Part shown: positions 46,316 to 64,000 of the stretch, one piece after another
Layout: each line of letters opens with the position of its first letter
How positions within the stretch are numbered: position 1 is the first letter of the stretch
NCBI GenBank assembly: GCA_964016885.1
Contig: OZ024740.1
Span: 155,806,001 to 155,870,000 of the forward strand
Source of the DNA: Eledone cirrhosa
Lineage: Eukaryota
Reading direction: 5' to 3'
Length of the DNA: 64,000 nucleotides
Translations under genes and position numbers: made by a program
The notes under the pieces: generated by a model
Seen by the model: only the letters and a program-made list of their open reading frames with translations
The model's database searches: none
Told to the model about the DNA's origin: nothing

Positions 46316-46900
46316 TTATTAAATAACAGATTAAAGTTTAAGCAAAGAATCGCTGCTTTCACCCTTAACGGGATCTTCTGAAACTAACAAAGACACTCTG
46401 TAAACGCAGAACTGGATATTTCAAAAAACGTTGCAACCGGAGGAAGACAGAAAGACGATACTTTGGTTCGTGGAAACGTTCGCTGGCAAAGAACGGGAAA
46501 AAACGAATAATACGTCATTAATAGGAGCGGTGAAAAACAATTACGCGCAAAGACAGAACCACGTTTATGGTATAAAAGAGGTCGTAGACTAATGTTCTCT
46601 TAGGTGGTGCATAGAGACGTTCTCTGGCAATGAACGAAAAAACGAAGATAATAAGTCATATGTGGAGCGTGGAGAACAATAGCACGCAAAGACAAAACCA
46701 CGTAAATGGTATAGCAGAAGTCGTAGACTAAAATTCTAACTAGGAGACCAAATGAATCTCCGCTACAGAGTTAAGAACAAAGTAAATAAATTCAATACAG
46801 AAGTAATATAAATAAATAAATACGTACACGCAAACAAATACGTACACACACAAGCATACGCAAAACCTTACCATAGGTATACAAAACCACGCACATATAA
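46316..46900 (-). mobile_element. Solo 3'UTR/pLTR of PLE-5 family
   Basis: Homologous to the reverse complement of 33615-34205. Confidence 0.88.
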
Positions 46901-46915
46901 ATATGTATATATATG

Positions 46916-47085
<170 letters not shown>

Positions 47086-47094
47086 CATATATAT

Positions 47095-47414
47095 AATTGG
47101 AGGCTTTATAAAATCGAATCTTTGGCGGTGTGCAAGCAAATTCGACCTACAATATGAATGAGTTAGCAAAGCACTCGACAAGGTAGGTCCTCAGAGTAAT
47201 AACATACGTTTAAATAGTTTGACAAATTGAACATTGTGGTAGGCAAAATGTAACACACAATACCAAAGTAACGAAAGAACTAACAGGTTGAAAAAATACA
47301 CCTGGACAAATCAAACATTATACGTTTAAAGTGTTTCTATGAATCCGAAATCAAATATCAGATTTACGTAACTGGCAAGCTCGTGGTATTCATGATCGAA
47401 CAGAGGATTCGATA
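47095..47414 (-). mobile_element. Family C-like fragment with half hammerhead
   Basis: gaatcc..ggattcata-GAAA-ca..tg-TC-caggt. Truncated by (TA)n just before the expected CUGANGA box. Confidence 0.5.
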
Positions 47415-47427
47415 CATATATATATGC

Positions 47428-47468
<41 letters not shown>

Positions 47469-47520
47469 CTTTATATATATATATACATATATATATACAT
47501 ATATATACATATATATATAC

Positions 47521-47629
<109 letters not shown>

Positions 47630-47644
47630 TATACATATATATGT

Positions 47645-50082
47645 AGGAGGTGAGTTTTATTGTAGCACAATAAAGCAATGCAAAAATCGGATAAGTAGCA
47701 CTCTACAATTTGTAGGACTGGAGTATAAATAATATAAGATCAAAAGATGGTTAAAAGAGTTCCAAGTATTTTATTATGTGCATTTCAAAAACAAATATCA
47801 TCATGGGATGATATCTACGTTCTCATCAGATAAAATAGGGAGACATGATATGAAGCTTAAAAAACAGTTGTGAGCAGTGAAGTTTTAAATCAACATTTGA
47901 AAAATAAATTAAGATGGATGTATGGGATTGGGAAAAAGTGCGGGGGGCGGTTGGAAAAGGTAAGGAAGAGGAAGAAATAAGAGTAAAGGATGGTGGGCAG
48001 GAGTATAAGAAGGAAGGATGAGAGAGGAGGAGAAATGGGTGATAGAGAGAGAGATATATACCCTTTACAACTGATAAAATATTGTCTCACAGAGAGAAAT
48101 TAAAAAACCGTTGGAAGATAATAGATAATTGAAAAGATTTTGATGTTAAAAGTTAATGAGGTTTATGCATGAAGAAAAAGGAATTAAGAATAGTATTAAA
48201 TTAAGGTTTGTATATTGAAGGGTTTTACTAATATGTGCGAAGAAAAGAATCTATTAATATGTATTATTAAGATAAAAATATTAATGATATTAAGGATATA
48301 ATGTGAATAGAAGGAGAAGAATAAATGAGTTATGAATTTAGAGGAATTAGTTAGGGTTTAAGTTTGTTTTTATGTATTGTAATATGGATACGTAAATAGT
48401 ATGTTTAAAATGAGCATGGAAGGAGAGAAGAAAGAAGAATGTTAAAGGAACAAAATATCTAACGTCAAAAAGTATATATGTTTACGAAATATTTTCTAAT
48501 GATAATATTATGATATATTAAAAAGAAATTAGTTGAGGTTTAAGTTTGTTTTTATGTATTGTAATATGTAAAAGTAAAAGTTAGTAATGGGTTTAAAACG
48601 ATCAGGGAAGGAGAGAAGGGAGAAGAAAAATTTAAGAAAAAAATATCTAACGTCAAAAAAGTTTATATGTTTACGGAAATCTTCTAATGGTAATATTATA
48701 ATGTATTAAAAAAAATATAGTTTTAATGGCCAATAATATGAGGAAAGATGGAAGAATGGATAATGCTGTAGTGAGTAATAATATGAATTGAGAAGTAATT
48801 GGGAAGAAAAAGTACAGATTAGAGATTAGAAATTAAAAAAGAAAAAAGTAAGAAAGGAAAATGATGAAGAAGAATGACATAGAATGAGTAAATTGTATTA
48901 TATAATATATAATACTGAAATAAGGTAGAAAGATGGGTATATTTATAAAAGATATAAAAGCCTTTGTAAAAAGAGGAATTTAAACTAATAAGGTATTGAG
49001 ATATTAGCTGTATACTTTATGGAATGTTCTATGGAATTTATGCAAGCAGAGCGAAAATATATCTGTGCGTCTATTTATTATAGAATTGAAATTAGATATA
49101 ATGGTAAATTTCTCGGCTAGGCAGAGATTACATGTTCTGGATAGGGAAGAATTCAGGTAGGGAGAGGCGCAACAAACCTTCCTCCAAGAGATGTTATAGT
49201 TAATATTTTTGTCTTTTAAGGACCATATGAGTTCCGAGAGTGCCGTGTTAGTTCTTTTAAGTTGGCATCTAAAAGACGATTTGTGATTATAAAATCTAAC
49301 TTTGAAGGAAGTGGAAGTGGAACCGAAATAGGTAAAAGAATTAGTATCAGTTATAACCTTACACTCATAGACTAAGTTTTTATTAAGACAATGGTTATTA
49401 AGAGGACATTTAGTTTTATTAGGGCAATTACAATTACGATTAGAGAAATTAACAGAGTTATGAACAAGTGACCTAGTATTATATATAGAAGGAATTGGAT
49501 TGGAGAAGTTATTTACCATAGGAACAATAGTTTCCTGATTTAGATTGGTGTTATGAACATTCAACGAAGTTACGTTTGACGTCGTATTTAAATTTACAGA
49601 ATCTAGCCTAGAGTTAACTATTACGTCGGGTATACAACAGCTATTATTATGACGCTCAGTGTTGGAAGGATGTAATTTATGATTTAATATATTATTGTTG
49701 TGTTTAGAGATAATGTTAGAGATGTTGGAAGTGGTGAAATAAGAAAATTTAATTGTGTGTTTGTTAAAGATTTTACTATAGATATGTGAGGGAGGGAAAC
49801 ATTTATCTAAGGCCCTAAAAAATAGTTTAGGAATATTATTATTAATAGATAGAGAAAAAGAAGCATTAAACCAGATTATATTTTTGTATCTAGGTCTTTT
49901 ATTTAAGTTATTGGAATGTTCATAATTAATTATTTTACTATAAGACCTTCGATGATTGGTTTCCTTACTGTATTTAATGTTATCAGGATAACCGGCTTTA
50001 GAAAGCGCATTATTATAGTAATTGAGTTTTTGGTATTGGCATCGAATATATCTTTATTAGAGGATATATTTGAGATTCTTTT
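47645..50082 (-). mobile_element. PLE-8, degraded Hydra-type 3' part (GIY-YIG at 49004-49564, long AT-rich UTR)
   Basis: [48 protein letters not shown] at 47767-47837 (minus): tattttat-CTGATGA..GAAA-tgcaca-TA-ataaaata. Confidence 0.85.
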
Positions 50083-50125
50083 ATACACATATATATATAT
50101 ATATACATATAAATATATATGCATA

Positions 50126-50159
<34 letters not shown>

Positions 50160-50172
50160 CATATATATATAC

Positions 50173-50351
<179 letters not shown>

Positions 50352-50368
50352 TATACATATATATATAC

Positions 50369-50401
<33 letters not shown>

Positions 50402-50433
50402 CATATATATAAATATACATATATATATACATA

Positions 50434-51035
50434 TGTCGTCGGCAAATTCAGCATCCGATACCTTTTTCGCCCCAACTCTCCTGCTCTGAGCCGGTGCTAC
50501 AGTAAAGCCAGAGTCCTGGTGTTTCTCCAGTGCAAGGCGCATACAATAGTCCACTACGATGATAAAAAGGTAGGGAGCCAATGTATCTCCCTGGAGCACT
50601 CCAGCCAGTATCTCAAAGAACTCTGTCATCCCATCAGGTGTAATGACTTGGGCTTTGGTGTTGGTGTAGAGCAGTGATATCAGGTCCACTATCCTCTTGG
50701 GGATTCCATAAGCCTGTAAGATCTTCATCAGGCAGTAACGGTCCACAGAATCAAAGGCCAAAAGTCAGCTCAAAAGTGACACAGAGGAGACTGAGGTTGG
50801 CTGGACATGCTCACCGACATCCAGAGTTGACATTGCACTCAGTGCTCCTTTGGGAGCCCCTACATGGACACACTAGAAGAGGAAGACCAAGGTTAACATA
50901 TGTTGATGCCCTAAGGACAGACACTGGTCTGTTGGAGATGCAGGATATGGCAGCGATAATGAGGGACAGAGACCGCTGGAGAGAACTCGTCCATGGATCT
51001 CGGGAATTTTACCCGCCTTAGATAGATAGATAGAT
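50434..51035 (+). mobile_element. RTE/RTEX-like LINE with 5' inversion (50434-50760 minus, 50758-51021 plus) and (TAGA)n tail
   Basis: Minus: [24 protein letters not shown]. Plus: PKVS..FYPP*. Confidence 0.88.
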
Positions 51036-51057
51036 ATATACATATATATATATATAC

Positions 51058-51088
<31 letters not shown>

Positions 51089-51093
51089 CACAC

Positions 51094-51126
<33 letters not shown>

Positions 51127-51562
51127 CACACATATATATATACATATATATATATATACACACATATATATATATACATATATATATACGCATATATATA
51201 TACACATATACATATATATATATATATATACATATGCATATATAAATATATATATACACATATACATATATATACATACATATATATACATATATACATA
51301 TATATACACATATACAAATATACATATATATATATACATATACATGTATACATATATATATATATACATATATATATACACATATACATGTATACATATA
51401 TATATATACATATACACACATATATATATATACATATATATACACATATATATATATACATATATATATACACATATACATGTATACATATATATATATA
51501 TACACATTTACACACATATATATATACACATATATATATAAACACATATATATATATACATG

Positions 51563-51613
<51 letters not shown>

Positions 51614-51614
<1 letters not shown>

Positions 51615-54600
51615 ATTTAATGTATAAAAATCAATACAATATAATTACCTCATTACCAGAGGTTTCCCGAATGAGGCGAATACGAAATAAACGACTTCAT
51701 TCGTTCGTCAGACGAGGCAATATAAAACATGGGCAAATACTTAGAAAAACACATCAAGAAAATCAAAAAAAGATATAGATAAATGAAATAGAAATTGAAA
51801 TATATAAAAATCTATCAAGAAATATAGTTAGGTGTGTGTATATGTATGTATATACGCTCCCAGATGTGCATATATGTATATGTGTACATGTACATGTATA
51901 GTGAGAAAGTGTGCGTAATTCTAAAATAGGGCAAATGTATCTATATGTCTGTATTATACAAACAGAAATGGTTACATCGTAAATATACGAATATGAAGGC
52001 GCGCGCATAAAACGCCTGGACACTCGTACGCTTAGGTGCGGAAAGAAAGGAGGTAAGGGAGTGTAATAATTAAAAGAAAAGGGTCAGTCTCGATATATTT
52101 ATAAAAATATAATAACGATAAATTAGAAAGAAAAAAATTAAAGAAAACAAAAAAAGGGGGGTATATACATACACAGACACGCGTGTCTCACAAAAGAAAT
52201 GTAAAAATAATTATGCTTATATAAACACGCGCACTTACACTTCCATACGTTCGATACGTACATACACATACACACACACACATACCTATACTCACGCATA
52301 TAAACCTGTTTACATGCCCACGTATGAAACTGAGTAAGTAAAAAAAGGAAGGGGGGGGGGAGAAGAAAAAAGGAACAAAACATAAAACCGAGATGTCAAA
52401 AACACGGATATAAAGACACGTACACATACGCATAATAAATACATACACACACACACAAACACCTGTACACACACACACATATACACATACACACACACAC
52501 ATACATACACACACATACACACACGCACGCGCGCGCACATACGTAGTCACTCATGTACATATATAAAAAGTATACACACATTAAGGCGTTCAGCCATATT
52601 GAAATGTGGATAAATAAGTACAAATATAAAATTGTAAGATAGGCTGCGCAAAAATAAAATAAAAATGAAAATATCTGGATTGAAAAACACAAAAGACAAG
52701 TGTAATCAGTTAGTGGAGGAAAAAGGGAAGTAAAAGAAGGGGAAGTAAAAAATAGAAAATAGAAGTGGATCGGAGAATAAAGGGGGGGGGGGAATGTGAA
52801 GTAAAAATAAATAAAAGTGAAAATAAATGAAATTATTGACAAGGATAAAAATGAAAGTAAGTCAGAAAGGGTAATTAAAAAGAGAATAATAAGAGTTTAT
52901 GGAGGATAAGTATCTGAAAGTGTGTTAAGTTTATATGAGCTGGAAAGCAGGTGTGATTTCATGTGTGGGCAACTGGTGAAAATTTCCGTCTTTGTGTTCA
53001 GGCAGGTCTTTGGTGATTTAAGATTTTGCAATATCCAAAATTTTTCATTTATGCAGAGCGTGCATTTTCTTGTTCCTCTAGCATATTTTTTAGATTGGTT
53101 CAAAATTGACCAATCTAGTTTATATTGGATGCCTTGGTCTTTCAAATCCCAAATTCTGCTAGCCAGAGCTGTTGTAAATCTTTTTCTGGATGTCGAAAGG
53201 ATGCGACATGTGAGTAATAACGCGTTTTGAATCTGTCTTGCGTCATACCCACATATCGTTCACTGGTGGCTGGATGGTTGTTGCTGATGGTTGTCACTTT
53301 AGCCGCATATACAATGGCTTTGGTGTTGCATTTACCTTGTAATGGGCATTCACTTTTGATTCTACAGGAGCAAGTTTGATTTTCTCTAGGTGATATTTTG
53401 TTGAGGATATAGGACTTAATAGGGGGACCGCAGGAATAGCTAATTTTAACACAGTTTCTGTTAAAGATCTTATAGTATCTATGTGTTCTAGGGAAATGTT
53501 TATCTAGGAGTTCTAGGAATTTTTTGCCTACATTAGTTTTAACTGCTAGAGAGTAGGGGGGTGTGAACCAGATTATTTTTCTTTTCCTATTTTTATGTTT
53601 AATAGAGTTAGTGTAGTTAGGTATGTATTTAATCGGTTCGCTAAAGCCGCTATTTTGGAGGGATTTATTATAGTAGGGGGATGCCTTATTAAAAATAGCT
53701 TCTGAGGAAGAGAGGGTGGAGATCCTACGACTAATATTAGGGATAAGGTTTTTAAAAACTATAGGTGGATGGCAAGATCCTTTATTTATATATTTTAAGT
53801 TTTCATTAGGTTTATGGTATGGTTTATAAGAAGCAGTAGGCAAATCTAGGTTTATATCTAGGAAATCTACGTTGGAAAGGTTAGTGTCAATAGTAATTTT
53901 AAGATTAAAACTAGCGAAGGTTTTTATTAAGTCTTTCCTTAATCTATCTAAGTTATGGCCTATGGTGGTATGGGAAAGTATTAGACCATCATCGCGATAA
54001 AGCCCCAAAAATATGGTTAGGAAATTTTTCTTTAAGTGTATGTAAGAGGAATAGGCCGACCAGATCACAAACCTCGGCACTGTCATAAGAGCCCATTGAG
54101 ACATCGAATGGGTTCTCTGGGTTAGATATTTTTACCCAAGTGTCATTATCATTAAAAAGTAGAGTGTTCCTAGCATGCAAGATGACATCCTCTTCAATAT
54201 CGGAGATATTAGTGAACCCTCTAGCGAAATTTAAAGCTTTCACTAAAAGGGTCTGAGTAATAGATGGGTAGAAATCTACGATGTCAAATTGGGTGAATCT
54301 AGAACTGATTTTGTTTTTAATATTATTAAACCAATGTACGACGGAAGAGCTATTTATCCATTGGAGTAATTTAGACTTACTTCTAATGTGTGTATTTAAT
54401 TTATTTAAAATTTTTTTACTGGCAAGACCAATATCAGTCTTAGCAGGGTTGATTAATCTACAACTAGGGCGATTAATAAAGTCGGGTTTATGATCTTTAA
54501 GGGTGATATACGCAGAACGTTTAGCAAGTTTTTCTGTCCTATTATCTATTTTTAAAGAAACAGCTAATTCTTTAGCTTCCTTATTTATATTATGGTACGT

Positions 54601-54980
54601 ATTTATATTAGCTATTTGGTATTTAGAGGTGATATTATCTATTAATAGTTGGTCGTGTAAATTATTATTAACTTCGTATAGGTTTTTAGTTTTATCTGAG
54701 AAGATGAACTTATTATTAGAAGATTTGAAAGTAGAAATATCATTAGATAATTTAGATTGAAAGGGGTTAGAGTACTTACGAAAATTGATGTTGTTGATAA
54801 GGTTAACTAGGTCTAATTCAAAGGCGGTCATATCTTTTACTCTTTGCGGGTATTTGTGAGTTTTGATGTCAAAATATTCCGTAGAATCCGTGTTAAATTG
54901 ACCATCGAGAATCAAAGCTTTTTTTTACTTACTCAGTTTCATACGTGGGCATGTAAACAGGTTTATATGCGTGAGTATAG

Positions 54981-55018
<38 letters not shown>

Positions 55019-55732
55019 ACGTATCGAACGTATGGAAGTGTAAGTGCGCGTGTTTATATAAGCATAATTATTTTTACATTTCTTTTGTGAGACACGCGTG
55101 TCTGTGTATGTATATACCCCCCTTTTTTGTTTTCTTTAATTTTTTCTTTCTAATTTATCGTTATTATATTTTTATAAATATATCGAGACTGACCCTTTTC
55201 TTTTAATTATTACACTCCCTTACCTCCTTTCTTTCCGCACCTAAGCGTACGAGTGTCCAGGCGTTTTATGCGCGCGCCTTCATGTTCGTATATTTACGAT
55301 GTAACCATTTCTGTTTGTATAATACAGACATATAGATACATTTGCCCTATTTTAGAATTACGCACACTTTCTCACTATACATGTACATGTACACATATAC
55401 ATATATGCACATCTGGGAGCGTATATACATACATATACACACACCTAACTATATTTCTTGATATATTTTTATATATTTCAATTTCTATTTCATTTATCTA
55501 TATCTTTTTTTGATTTTCTTGATGTGTTTTTCTAAGTATTTGCCCATGTTTTATATTGCCTCGTCTGACGAACGAATGAAGTCGTTTATTTCGTATTCGC
55601 CTCATTCGAGAAACCTCTGGTAATGAGGTAATTATATTGTATTGATTTTTATACATTAAATTTTGCTCTGATACTTACATAGAGCACTCTTCATTTCTAT
55701 GACCTTTTCTGTTTCCAACGGAAATTTCAATA

Positions 55733-55735
<3 letters not shown>
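51614..55735 (-). mobile_element. PLE-9, YRDD/Hydra-type, ORF 52897-54915 (two frameshifts), inverted pLTR copy at 54916-55735
   Basis: SDKT, FDIVDFYP, FDVSMGSYDSAE, GLYRDDGL, CSCRIKSECPL, YVGMT, CTLCINE. 54917-55663 is the reverse complement of 51614-52345. Confidence 0.92.
51644..51721 (-). ncRNA. Hammerhead in PLE-9 pLTR
   Basis: attgcctcgt-CTGACGA-acgaatga..tcattcgg-GAAA-cctctgg-TA-atgaggtaat. Copy at 55555-55632 (plus). Confidence 0.88.
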
Positions 55736-55830
<95 letters not shown>

Positions 55831-55835
55831 TATAT

Positions 55836-56390
55836 GTAACCCATGTGCAACCACGCAGCGCTCCATTTTTCTCATATTTATATTTTTTTATCAGCTGCGA
55901 TCGTCTGTTTCTTTGTTACTGCTTCTCCTCTCTCTGTATCTCTCACCTCTTTTTACCTCCTCTGCCAGTCACACTCTCTCTCGGCTAGTCTCTTCCTCAC
56001 ACTTCCACTCACTCACTCTCAGCTTCTCCCCCTCTCTCACTTCCTACCGTTTGACCTGTGTGAAATCCTTTTCTCACTGACATCTCACCCATGTCGGATG
56101 GTCTGTATCTCTCGTCCATGAATTCACCAAGCTTACGCTTACAGATTTCATGTGCTTGTCTCTTCCTATCTTTCCGTTGCAATACCATCGTTGTTTGTTT
56201 ACATGTCTCGCTCGTTTCACCCTATTTTACTTGTCCCAATAACTTTATTTATTATTGCTCGCACCTACTAGAGGTATATGATTTTTAAAGCGATGAAATA
56301 CCAATGAAAGTTGGAAGATCACTGATGAAGGACTAATTTTATTCATATGTAATCCATGTGCAACCACGCAGCGCTCCATTTTTCTCATAT
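55836..56390 (+). mobile_element. 513-bp non-coding unit with ~40-bp terminal direct repeat; related fragment at 60210-60332
   Basis: gtaacccatgtgcaaccacgcagcgctcc at 55836 and 56349; (TA)n flanks. Confidence 0.65.
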
Positions 56391-57051
56391 ATATATATAT
56401 ACATATATATGTACATATATGTATATACACATATATATATACATATATACATATATACATATGCACACATATATATATACATATATATATACATATATAC
56501 ATACATATATACATACATATATACATATATATATACATATATACATACATATATACATACATATATACATACATATATACATACATATATATATATACAT
56601 ATATACATACATATATATATATATACATATATACATACATATATATATACATATATACATACATATATACATACATATATATATATATACATATATACAT
56701 ACATATATACATATATAACTACATATATACATACATATATACATATATACATACATATATACATATACATATATATATATATATATATACATATATACAT
56801 ATATATATACATATATACATACATATATACATATATACATATATACATATATATATACATATATACATATATATACACACACACACATATATATATATAC
56901 ATATATGTATATATATATGTATGTATATGTATATATATATGTATATATGTATATATTTATATATATGTATATATATGTATATATATATATATGTATATAT
57001 ATGTATATATATATGTATATATGTATGTACACATATATATGTATATATATG

Positions 57052-57082
<31 letters not shown>

Positions 57083-57113
57083 GTATATATATATATGTAT
57101 AAATATATATATG

Positions 57114-57163
<50 letters not shown>

Positions 57164-57167
57164 TATA

Positions 57168-60103
<2,936 letters not shown>

Positions 60104-60327
60104 ACATATATCTATATATATATGTATATATATGTATATGTATATATATATGTATATATGTATATATATATATGTATATATGTATATATATATATGTATA
60201 TCCTCAAGAAAAATGATTTTTAATGCGATGAAATACCAATGATGGTTGGTAAATCACTGATGAGGGACTAATTTTATAATATCTAACCCATGTGCAACCA
60301 CGCAGTATTCCTCTTTCTTCCCATGTT

Positions 60328-60383
<56 letters not shown>

Positions 60384-60509
60384 GTATATTTATATATATA
60401 TGTATATATATATATATATGTATATCTCAAACGATCGACTTTCGTCAAATCGGACCGAGGGAACAATGTTTCCGTTGGTCTTTCCAATTGCTAATACTAT
60501 CTATCGGTC

Positions 60510-60646
60510 GCAACTCCAGGTAGAAGGAGCAACGTGAAATAAAGTGTCTTGCTCAAGGACATAACGCATCGCCTGGTCCAGGAATCGAACTCACAACCTT
60601 ACGATTGCGAATCCAATTCTCTAACCACTCAGCCACACGCCTTCAC
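60510..60646 (-). mobile_element. tRNA-derived SINE
   Basis: A box TGGCTGAGTGG, B box GAGTTCGATTCC, then the CORE-like TGTCCTTGAGCAAGACACTT. Confidence 0.85.
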
Positions 60647-60665
60647 TTATATGTATATATATATG

Positions 60666-60701
<36 letters not shown>

Positions 60702-60725
60702 CGTATATATATATATGTATATATG

Positions 60726-60792
<67 letters not shown>

Positions 60793-60904
60793 GTATATAT
60801 ATATTTGTATATATATGTATATATGTATGTATAAATATATGTATATATATATATTTGTATATATATGTATATATATATGTATGTACATATATATGTATAT
60901 ATAT

Positions 60905-60954
<50 letters not shown>

Positions 60955-61115
60955 GTATATATATGTATATATATATGTATATATATATGTATATATATAT
61001 ATGTATATATATATATGTATATATATATGTATATATATATATGTAAATATATATGTATATATATATGTATATATACATATGTATATATATATCTATATAT
61101 ATATATCTATATATT

Positions 61116-61153
<38 letters not shown>

Positions 61154-61177
61154 CATATGTATATGTATATAGATATG

Positions 61178-61208
<31 letters not shown>

Positions 61209-61394
61209 GTATATATATATATGTATATATATATGTATATATATATGTATATATATATGTATATATATATATGTATATATATATATGTATATATATATAT
61301 GTATTTATATATGCATATATATATATATGTATATATGTATATATATATATATGTATTTATATATTCATATTTATATATGTATATTTTTATATAT

Positions 61395-61662
61395 CTATCT
61401 ATCTAGGGCAGGTAAAATTCCCGAGATCCATTGACGAGTTCTCTCCAGCGGTCTCTGTCCCTCATTATCGCTGCCATGTCCTGCGTCTCCAACCGACCAG
61501 TGTTTGTCCTTAGGGCATCAACATACTTTAACCTTGTTCTTCCTCTTCCAATATGTCCATGTAGGGGCTCTCACAGGACCACTGAGTGAAATGTCATCTC
61601 TGGATGTCGGTGAGCATGTCCAGCTAACCTCAGTCTCGTCTCTGACACTTTTGAGCTAACTT
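61395..61662 (-). mobile_element. 3' ~260 bp of RTE/RTEX-like LINE with (TAGA)n tail
   Basis: Homologous to 50760-51030. Confidence 0.88.
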
Positions 61663-61681
61663 ATGTATATATATATATGTG

Positions 61682-61717
<36 letters not shown>

Positions 61718-61864
61718 AGAATTAAAATACTAGAGTGTGTTGGAGTTAAACACCCTCTTCATATTATAGAAATGACAGTAAAGGTATAGCTCAATGTAAT
61801 TAAACAGAGCCGAAAAATTATGAAAATAAACCAAAGAAGCCTTCAATACATCAAAAGTCTTTAT

Positions 61865-61906
61865 TAGCCAACAATGTTTCGTCCTATTAAGGACTCATCA
61901 GGGCAA
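61865..61906 (-). ncRNA. Minimal hammerhead in solo pLTR-like fragment (~61718-62290)
   Basis: gcc-CTGATGA-gtcct-taat-aggac-GAAA-cattg-TT-ggc. Confidence 0.85.
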
Positions 61907-62286
61907 GTAAAGCTATAAGAAGCACTATCGGCCAATACAAGCCAAAAACTCTGAAGAATATGGAGCATACATACATTAAAGCATAGGAAAATTATCAAGT
62001 AAAAATTGCTAAGGAAGTGAATAACATTTTGAACCATATTTCAAATATAGTACAATGCAAAGACTAAAACTAAACACAAGTGGTGATATAAAGCGAGAAT
62101 TACGGTACGATATATAATATAATATAATATAATATAATATAATATAATATAATATAATATAATATAATATAATATAATATAATTGATAAAGATAATAATA
62201 ATAATAGTATTAATAATATTAAAAATATCAAAAATATTATAAATATAAAAAATATTAAAAATACTAAAAATAATTAAAAGGCCCAA

Positions 62287-64000
<1,714 letters not shown>

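Noticed and set aside
60570-60646. tRNA gene
   Set aside because: A and B boxes are present, but the acceptor stem is poor and it continues into a SINE core.

Overview
AT-rich eukaryotic DNA, most likely cephalopod (octopus-like tRNA-SINE and RTE LINEs). I found no host gene. The window is a nest of retroelements sitting in and between long (TA)n microsatellites. It holds about 11 Penelope-like elements (PLEs; RT plus C-terminal GIY-YIG) from several clades: YRDD 'Hydra'-type, Neptune-type, and one with a long insert between RT motifs A and B'. It also holds RTE-type LINE fragments with twin-priming inversions, one SINE, and several non-coding 465-610 bp tandem or permuted units. Reading by eye gave about 33 hammerhead ribozyme (HHR) motifs, both in PLE pseudo-LTRs and in the non-coding units, which look like retrozymes. 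Many of these HHRs have non-canonical cores (U3-A8, U3-G8, U4A, GCAA) or large stem II inserts. Other notable points are one intact Neptune-type PLE with an upstream coiled-coil ORF joined to RT by an in-frame T TTT TTA -1 slippery site, and a GAGYRCT motif recurring downstream of HHRs in otherwise divergent families. All structures were derived by manual base-pairing; no searches were run.
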